DNA of 64,000 nucleotides, taken from Candidatus Omnitrophota bacterium. Its GTDB lineage: Bacteria > Omnitrophota > Omnitrophia > Omnitrophales > Aquincolibacteriaceae. Both the position numbers and the translations under genes were made by a program. The notes beneath the pieces were generated by a model, which saw only the letters and a program-made list of their open reading frames with translations, did not search any database and was not told the origin of the DNA. Positions 58,348 through 64,000 of the stretch are shown here, piece after piece; positions within the stretch are counted from its first letter, which is position 1, and every line of letters starts with the position of its first letter. The stretch lies in assembly GCA_016930235.1 (NCBI GenBank), contig JAFGHI010000063.1:799-64798 (forward strand). Reading direction: 5' to 3'.

Positions 58348-59877
58348 TTATTGCCCCCACCACTGACGGTCTAAGCTTCGGTATTGGATGGCTTCGGCGA
58401 TATGTTCGGGACGGATCTCGCTTGATTCAGCCATATCGCCGATGGTTCTTGAAATCTTGAGGATCTTAAAATAACCGCGGGCTGAGAGCCTTAATTCCTT
58501 CATGGCAAGTTCAAGGAGTTTACGCCCTTCTGCGTTGGGCGAAGCATACAATTTGATGTCGCGAGGGCTCATCCGCGCGTTGGTCCGGTAATTTTTTTTC
58601 TGATAACGTTCTGTTTGAATTTGTCGGTATCGAGTGATTCTGGAGCGGATTGCAGAAGAGCTTTCCGAAGAATCGTCTTTGCTCAAATGAGAAAAGGGAA
58701 GTGCGCTAACTTCCACCTGCAAATCAATCCTGTCTAAGATGGGACCGGATACCTTGGCTTGGTATTTTTGTATTTGGTGAAGAGTACATCGGCATGTCCT
58801 GCGTCTGTCCGTTAAATAACCACACGGACACGGATTCATGGCTGCCACGAGAGTTGTTTTAGACGGAAAAGAGATTCGTGTTTTTGCTCTTGAAACGGTA
58901 ATCATGCCGTCTTCTAAAGGGGATCGCAGGGATTCTAGGACATCCCGGCGGAATTCCGGGAATTCATCAAGAAATAGGACCCCTTCGTGAGCGAGAGATA
59001 TTTCTCCGGGTTTGGGCCAAGTCCCGCCGCCAATCATAGCCACAGGAGAAATTGTATGATGAGGAGATCGAAAGGGTCGTTCTTGGATGAGCGGCGCTCC
59101 ATTTTGGATGAGTCCCGCAACGCTATGGATTTTGGTTACGGCCATCGTTTCATCAAATTGAAGTGGCGGGAGGATGGTTGGGATTCGTCTTGCCAACATC
59201 GTTTTTCCAGCGCCGGGTGGACCAATTAAAAGAAGATTATGCTCTCCTGCAACTGCGATTTCGATAGCACGTTTGGCAAAATGTTGACCTTTAACGTCAG
59301 AAAAATCTGTTGAATAAGTGGGAGACCAAAGGTCAGAATGCAAAGAGTTTGAAGCGATAGGTTGAATATCACGTTCTCCTGACAAAAACTCCGCGACTTC
59401 TCTAAGAGAATTAACGGGGTAGACAAGGGCTTCTTTGTCCAGGGACGCTTCCAAAGCATTTTGAATGGGTAGAACAAGAGTGTTGGATTTCTTGAGGCTT
59501 GAAGCAATGACGACAGCGCCTTTGAAAGGCCGCAAAGATCCGTCGAGAGCTAATTCGCCAAGAAAGATGTGTTTTCTGAGCGTTTCTTGAGGAATGATTT
59601 CTTGAGAGGCTAAGATGCCTAATGCGACTGGGAGATCGAAGGAGGGGCCTTCTTTTCGGATATCGGCAGGAGCGAGGTTGACGGTAATCCGATCTTGGGG
59701 GAAAGGATACCCACTGTTTTTAATTGCTGCTCGGACCCGGTCTCGTGATTCCTTGACACTTGTATCTGGCAAACCGACAACTGTAAATTGTGGCAGCCCT
59801 TCTGTTATGTCGACCTCAATCTCTACATGATAAGCATCAATCCCTAAGAATGCAGCGCTTTGGATTTTCGACATCAT
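58348..59877 (-). CDS. comM: Mg-chelatase-like AAA+ ATPase ComM/YifB
   Basis: Walker A GPPGAGKT is present with YifB-family N-terminal Lon-protease-like and C-terminal domains, in a 509-aa product. Confidence 0.9.
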   Translation of the reverse strand: MMSKIQSAAFLGIDAYHVEIEVDITEGLPQFTVVGLPDTSVKESRDRVRAAIKNSGYPFPQDRITVNLAPADIRKEGPSFDLPVALGILASQEIIPQETLRKHIFLGELALDGSLRPFKGAVVIASSLKKSNTLVLPIQNALEASLDKEALVYPVNSLREVAEFLSGERDIQPIASNSLHSDLWSPTYSTDFSDVKGQHFAKRAIEIAVAGEHNLLLIGPPGAGKTMLARRIPTILPPLQFDETMAVTKIHSVAGLIQNGAPLIQERPFRSPHHTISPVAMIGGGTWPKPGEISLAHEGVLFLDEFPEFRRDVLESLRSPLEDGMITVSRAKTRISFPSKTTLVAAMNPCPCGYLTDRRRTCRCTLHQIQKYQAKVSGPILDRIDLQVEVSALPFSHLSKDDSSESSSAIRSRITRYRQIQTERYQKKNYRTNARMSPRDIKLYASPNAEGRKLLELAMKELRLSARGYFKILKISRTIGDMAESSEIRPEHIAEAIQYRSLDRQWWGQ

Positions 59878-60028
59878 TGGAAATCACCCTTGCTTTTTGT
59901 AAAGTGCGTTCTTATAATCCTTTTGCTTACTAGAAAAGCGTATTGCGTGTATTTATTTAATGTATAAATATTATGATATTTAATCATATATTCTATAGAA
60001 CGTCAAGCCTTTACGTGGGAGACGACCT

Positions 60029-60490
60029 GTGACCTCCTTTGAAGCAATAGAGCCACCTTTCTCCCACTTCCAAGCATGGGCTGCTGTTTTTTTAAGCTGG
60101 TTAACAGCTCAGCTTGCTAAGGTGGCCAGAAGCGCCCTTCAAGAAAAACGACTAAGTTTAAGATGGTTGTTTGGAGCAGGAGGGATGCCAAGTTCCCACT
60201 CAGCAACCGTTTCAAGCCTTTCGACGGTTACAGGGCTTTATTTTGGGTTCAGTTCTTTACCCTTTTTGATCGTTCTCATATTTACACTGATTACGATGTT
60301 TGATGCTGCAGGGGTTCGAAGAAACGTAGGCCGTCAAGCAAGGATTTTGAATAAAATGCTGGACGAATTTTATGAAAAAGGAGAATTCAAGGAAGGAAGA
60401 TTAAAAGAACTTTTGGGGCATACGCCTGTAGAGGTATTTGCGGGCGCCTTCCTTGGCATAATCATCGCCCTTTTGATCTGCGCTTTTTAA
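60029..60490 (+). CDS. Divergent PAP2/acid-phosphatase-related membrane protein (DUF212-like)
   Basis: The GGMPSSHSA motif is present in a 153-aa protein with 3-4 TM segments. Confidence 0.65.
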   Translation: MTSFEAIEPPFSHFQAWAAVFLSWLTAQLAKVARSALQEKRLSLRWLFGAGGMPSSHSATVSSLSTVTGLYFGFSSLPFLIVLIFTLITMFDAAGVRRNVGRQARILNKMLDEFYEKGEFKEGRLKELLGHTPVEVFAGAFLGIIIALLICAF

Positions 60491-60497
60491 AAGCATC

Positions 60498-61271
60498 ATG
60501 AAAAGATCCCTTTTCCTTATTATCATGTTCTGTTGTGTATGGGGGGGGCAAATTATGCCAGCCGATCCAAGCGTTTTGGATCAGGTTCAGGAAGCCGTGG
60601 AGCTAACGGAGCAAGGGAAATATCTTGAAGCGCAAGGCAAATACGAAGGGATTCTTTGTCAATCTAATCTTACAGAAGATGAGAAAGTTGCTATTCAAAA
60701 GGGCTATGAAGAACTTAATATGAAGTTGATTTTTTCCCGAATTGAAACGCCTAATAGTTTTTTTCATCAAGTTCAACCGGGCGAAAGTTTGTATAAAATC
60801 GCAAAGAAGTATGCCGTAACTATAGATCTTTTGAGAAAAAGCAATTCCCTGACTTCGGATGTCATTCATCCTGAAATGAAGTTAAAAGTTCAAAAAGGGG
60901 TTTTCTCAGTTCAGGTTGATAAATCTGATAATATTTTAATCCTGCTGCTTGATGAGAAACCCATAAAACATTATCCTGTTGCAACCGGAAGAGATAATAG
61001 AACCCCGATAGGGGAGTTTGAAATAAAAAATAAGCTTGTGAATCCTACATGGTTTCATGCCGGAACGGTTGTCCCGCCCGAAAGTCCTGAGAATATCTTA
61101 GGGACGCGTTGGCTTGGGTTTGATTACCAAGGTTACGGGATCCATGGGACGACACAACCCGACTCTATAGGGAAACAGGCGACATCCGGATGTATCCGGA
61201 TGCATAATCATGACGTTGAAGAAATCTATTCTATTTTACCAAGGGGGACAAAAGTCATAATTGCGGACTGA
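60498..61271 (+). CDS. LysM-domain L,D-transpeptidase (YkuD family)
   Basis: The LysM segment [18 protein letters not shown] and the YkuD catalytic SGCIRMHN are present. A G8 tract lies in the signal peptide. Confidence 0.8.
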   Translation: MKRSLFLIIMFCCVWGGQIMPADPSVLDQVQEAVELTEQGKYLEAQGKYEGILCQSNLTEDEKVAIQKGYEELNMKLIFSRIETPNSFFHQVQPGESLYKIAKKYAVTIDLLRKSNSLTSDVIHPEMKLKVQKGVFSVQVDKSDNILILLLDEKPIKHYPVATGRDNRTPIGEFEIKNKLVNPTWFHAGTVVPPESPENILGTRWLGFDYQGYGIHGTTQPDSIGKQATSGCIRMHNHDVEEIYSILPRGTKVIIAD

Positions 61272-62319
61272 TAATATGGGTAAAAAAAACAAAAAACAAG
61301 AAAACGGTAACACCGAAATAAAAAGAGAAAAGATACGTTTAGGAGAGCGGGATCTTGCAGATGCTTGTTTGCCTTTCGAAAGACCCATTGTTGAGCTGGA
61401 GAAAAAGATTGATGAGCTGAGAAGTTCAAGTGATAGTGAAATTGATTTGTCCGGTGAAATCAAAAGTGCGGAGAAAAAATTAGAAAAAGCACTGAAAGAT
61501 GTTTTTGATAATTTGACCCCTTGGCAGCGTGTTCAAGTTGCACGCCATCCTTTAAGGCCTTATACATTAGATTATGTTAATTATCTAACCACCGATTTTC
61601 TTGTGCTTCATGGAGACCGTCATTTTAGTGATGATCGTGCGATTATCTGCGGTTTTGGCAGATGGAAAGGGAAGAAACCTGTTTGTATAATCGGGCATCA
61701 AAAAGGACGGGATACAAAGGAGAATCTTCTCCGGAGCTTTGGCAGCGCTCATCCTGAAGGATACCGAAAAGCTATTCGAATTATGCGAATGGCAGAGAAA
61801 TTCGGACACCCCATCATTTGTTTTATAGATACTCCAGGGGCTTACCCTGGTATTGGTGCTGAGGAAAGAGGACAGGCAGAGGCGATTGCCTATAATCTTC
61901 GTGAAATGGCAGAATTAACCGTTCCGATTGTGGCAGTTGTGATTGGTGAAGGAGGAAGCGGTGGGGCCTTAGGCATAGGCGTAGCGGATAAAATACTGAT
62001 CCTTGAAAATGCATATTACTCAGTCATTTCTCCCGAAGGTTGTGCGGCAATCTTATGGAAAGAAAACTCAAGAGCGCCTGATGCCGCAAAAGCTTTAAAA
62101 TTGACAGGAGAAGATCTAAAAGGTCTAGGTATTATTGATGGAATTATTTCTGAACCGTTAGGTGGTGCCCACCGTGATTTTGAAGCGACAGCAGAAAATT
62201 TGGGAGAAGCGATTGATGAAGCTCTTCTAGAGCTTAGTAAGATTTCAAGGAGAGAGTTGCCCCAACGCCGTTATGAGAAATTCCGAAAGATGGGGGTCTA
62301 TCAATCAAAAAAAACGTGA
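61261..62319 (+). CDS. accA: Acetyl-CoA carboxylase carboxyltransferase subunit alpha
   Basis: The carboxyltransferase motifs GGSGGALG and [10 protein letters not shown] are present. Confidence 0.9.
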   Translation: MRTDNMGKKNKKQENGNTEIKREKIRLGERDLADACLPFERPIVELEKKIDELRSSSDSEIDLSGEIKSAEKKLEKALKDVFDNLTPWQRVQVARHPLRPYTLDYVNYLTTDFLVLHGDRHFSDDRAIICGFGRWKGKKPVCIIGHQKGRDTKENLLRSFGSAHPEGYRKAIRIMRMAEKFGHPIICFIDTPGAYPGIGAEERGQAEAIAYNLREMAELTVPIVAVVIGEGGSGGALGIGVADKILILENAYYSVISPEGCAAILWKENSRAPDAAKALKLTGEDLKGLGIIDGIISEPLGGAHRDFEATAENLGEAIDEALLELSKISRRELPQRRYEKFRKMGVYQSKKT

Positions 62320-62511
62320 ATACCTTCTTTTTAACCGCATCAAACGATTGAAAGCTTTTTGCTCTGAGATGATTTCTCTTAAAGTACCCTCAGGAATATC
62401 TAATAGGGCGACTTCTGAAACACGGCGTATATCATGAGGATAACGGCGGGCGAGTTCAGACGTTGATACCCCCTCACTAAACTTAAGCTGAAAAAGCTTT
62501 TGGTAAGTCAC
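62305..62511 (-). CDS. Small hypothetical protein (68 aa)
   Basis: The likely start is GTG, 4 nt after a strong GGAGG Shine-Dalgarno. The 3' end overlaps the accA stop region antisense. There is no recognisable domain. Confidence 0.3.
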   Translation of the reverse strand: MTYQKLFQLKFSEGVSTSELARRYPHDIRRVSEVALLDIPEGTLREIISEQKAFNRLMRLKRRYSRFF

Positions 62512-62772
62512 ATTTCCTCCAAATATTTCTCATCGGCGAATCTGATTTCATCTCGCTTGTCGAAAATGAAACCTCGGCTTACGTTGGGATTATCGTCTAA
62601 TCAAGCGGCCAACCTTAAAAAATAACTGGCCAAGATCCCCTATATGTTGTGCCCATCTCGCGAATGACCACAATTGCTAGTTATCGCTAAAAAAAGATTA
62701 AAATTATGCTTGACTGATGGAGTCAATATTTATAAAGTGTAATTTATAAAATATAAAGTACAAAGTATAAAC

Positions 62773-63432
62773 ATGAGATACTTAGCCATAATGCTTTTAA
62801 CAATGACTTTAACGGCCTGCCAAACCATGAGAAGCGGAACAATTATCCAAGACAATCCGGCAAGCATCGAAAAAGCAAATCAACATTTTCAAGCGGGAGA
62901 GCTTTATCGGGCAAAAAAGATGGCTCGGTCATTGCTCGATAAGGATCCAACCAATGAAGATGCTCAATCCTTAATGGCAAAGATTATTACGGCAGAGATA
63001 GCTCAACAGAAAGTAGTAAGCAATCACCCAGCCATTGATGATATGGAGGATTCCGAGAGGGCGTTAGTTGTTAAGACATGGTTAGAAAGAAGCCGTTCTT
63101 TGATGGAGATACAACAGTATGAAGAAGCCTTAGCGGCTGCTGAGGAAATTTTTATTTATGATCCCGATTCTCATGAGGCATCCAGGCTTGTCGATGAAAT
63201 TAGAAGAAAAGCCATCAATGAAGGAAAGAGAGACGGAAAGATTGTTTATCAAATGAAACATGAAGAGGTTGTAAAAAGGATTGATCGTTACAGGCAAGAG
63301 GCAGAATCATCGTTTGAGGCCGGTTATTGGCATTCAGCAAAGTTAGCGGTGGAGAAAATTCTTCTACTGATGCCTGGAGATAGCGAAGCTCAAAAGCTGC
63401 ATAAGGAAATCCAGGCCCAAATACAAGGGTAA
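62773..63432 (+). CDS. TPR-like lipoprotein
   Basis: The lipobox LTAC is followed by helical repeats. Confidence 0.55.
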   Translation: MRYLAIMLLTMTLTACQTMRSGTIIQDNPASIEKANQHFQAGELYRAKKMARSLLDKDPTNEDAQSLMAKIITAEIAQQKVVSNHPAIDDMEDSERALVVKTWLERSRSLMEIQQYEEALAAAEEIFIYDPDSHEASRLVDEIRRKAINEGKRDGKIVYQMKHEEVVKRIDRYRQEAESSFEAGYWHSAKLAVEKILLLMPGDSEAQKLHKEIQAQIQG

Positions 63433-63438
63433 CAGCCT

Positions 63439-63681
63439 TTGAAGAGAGAAAAACTCTATAAAATTGGCGAAGTAATGCAGTACACAGGTTTATCGCGTCA
63501 AACCGTTCATAACTATACGCTAGCAGGCCTTATCTATGAAGCAAGGCGCACACCTTCAGGGCATCGGCTTTATGATGAATCCGTATTTGATCGTCTGGAG
63601 CAAATTAAGATTTTACAGTCAAAAAATTACACGCTTTTTCAGATCAAGAAAATTCTCGAACAACAAAAGAATAACGCATAA
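63439..63681 (+). CDS. MerR-family HTH transcriptional regulator (short, 80 aa)
   Basis: The N-terminal HTH YKIGEVMQYTGLSRQTVHNYTLAGLI matches the MerR family. Confidence 0.65.
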   Translation: MKREKLYKIGEVMQYTGLSRQTVHNYTLAGLIYEARRTPSGHRLYDESVFDRLEQIKILQSKNYTLFQIKKILEQQKNNA

Positions 63682-63717
63682 CTAATAAGTAAATGTGTCT
63701 TTGAAAGGAGAGCCCCC

Positions 63718-64000
63718 ATGCATGAAGCGGAAATTAAAATGTGGAGAAAATACAAGAGAACGAAAAGTCAAGCGTTGCGCGAAGAGATTGTAAAGAAGTA
63801 CTTGTACCTCGTGAAATACGTAGCAGGGCGCGTTGCGATTGGATTGCCTCCTAATGTTGAATTTAATGATCTCGTGAGTTATGGCATTTTAGGATTGTTT
63901 GATGCGATCAATAAATATGATGTTTCGCAAGGGAATAAGTTTGAGACATATGCTGTTGCAAGAATTCGTGGATCCATTATGGATGAACTTAGGAAGCTTG
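63718..64000 (+). CDS. Sigma-70 family sigma factor, FliA/WhiG (sigma-28)-like, 3' end truncated by the window edge
   Basis: An ATG with RBS AAGGAGAG starts a product whose region 2 is ...NKFETYAVARIRGSIMDELR... Confidence 0.7.
   Translation, partial: MHEAEIKMWRKYKRTKSQALREEIVKKYLYLVKYVAGRVAIGLPPNVEFNDLVSYGILGLFDAINKYDVSQGNKFETYAVARIRGSIMDELRKL

Overview
This window reads as the chromosomal replication-origin region of a Gram-negative bacterium of moderate GC content. The phylum cannot be assigned from sequence alone. It opens with dnaN and dnaA on the minus strand, flanked by DnaA-box clusters (a bipartite oriC), then rpmH-rnpA-yidC-mnmG-parA-parB with two perfect parS sites. Almost all remaining genes are on the plus strand, with many overlapping start and stop codons that suggest tight translational coupling. 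Downstream lie, in order: (1) a carbohydrate locus of lipoprotein solute-binding protein, GH94-type phosphorylase, large secreted (alpha/alpha)6-like protein, ROK regulator and tatC; (2) a sulfate-activation block of cysC, a PHP phosphoesterase, sat and cysK; (3) a biotin cluster bioB-fabG-like-fabF-like-bioF ... bioA-bioD, interrupted by three non-biotin genes including a degenerate GGDEF protein with an intact I-site; (4) mnmA, an Rnf-type cluster (rnfC, rnfD, rnfG-like, two small membrane proteins) and pilT; (5) a long housekeeping run of polA, coaE, rho, rpmE, prfA, prmC, murA, rpsP, trmD, rplS, rnhB and yraN; (6) an accessory-like tail. The tail holds a TLC(ATP/ADP-translocase-family)-HEAT fusion transporter, an Omp85-family beta-barrel overlapping a secreted protein with a protein-kinase-like motif set, a zinc-ribbon methyltransferase, a stand-alone MshEN domain protein, small exported proteins, a YibQ deacetylase-like protein divergent from a membrane-protein plus B12-radical-SAM pair, comM, a DUF212/PAP2-like protein, a LysM L,D-transpeptidase, accA, a TPR lipoprotein, and a MerR-like regulator followed by a FliA-like sigma factor. 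I found no rRNA, tRNA, CRISPR array, transposase or integrase. The most novel candidates are the Omp85 plus secreted kinase-like pair with the adjacent TLC-HEAT fusion, and the FabG/FabF paralogs embedded in the biotin operon. Every product call comes from motif-level reading of the supplied translations; no database search was run.
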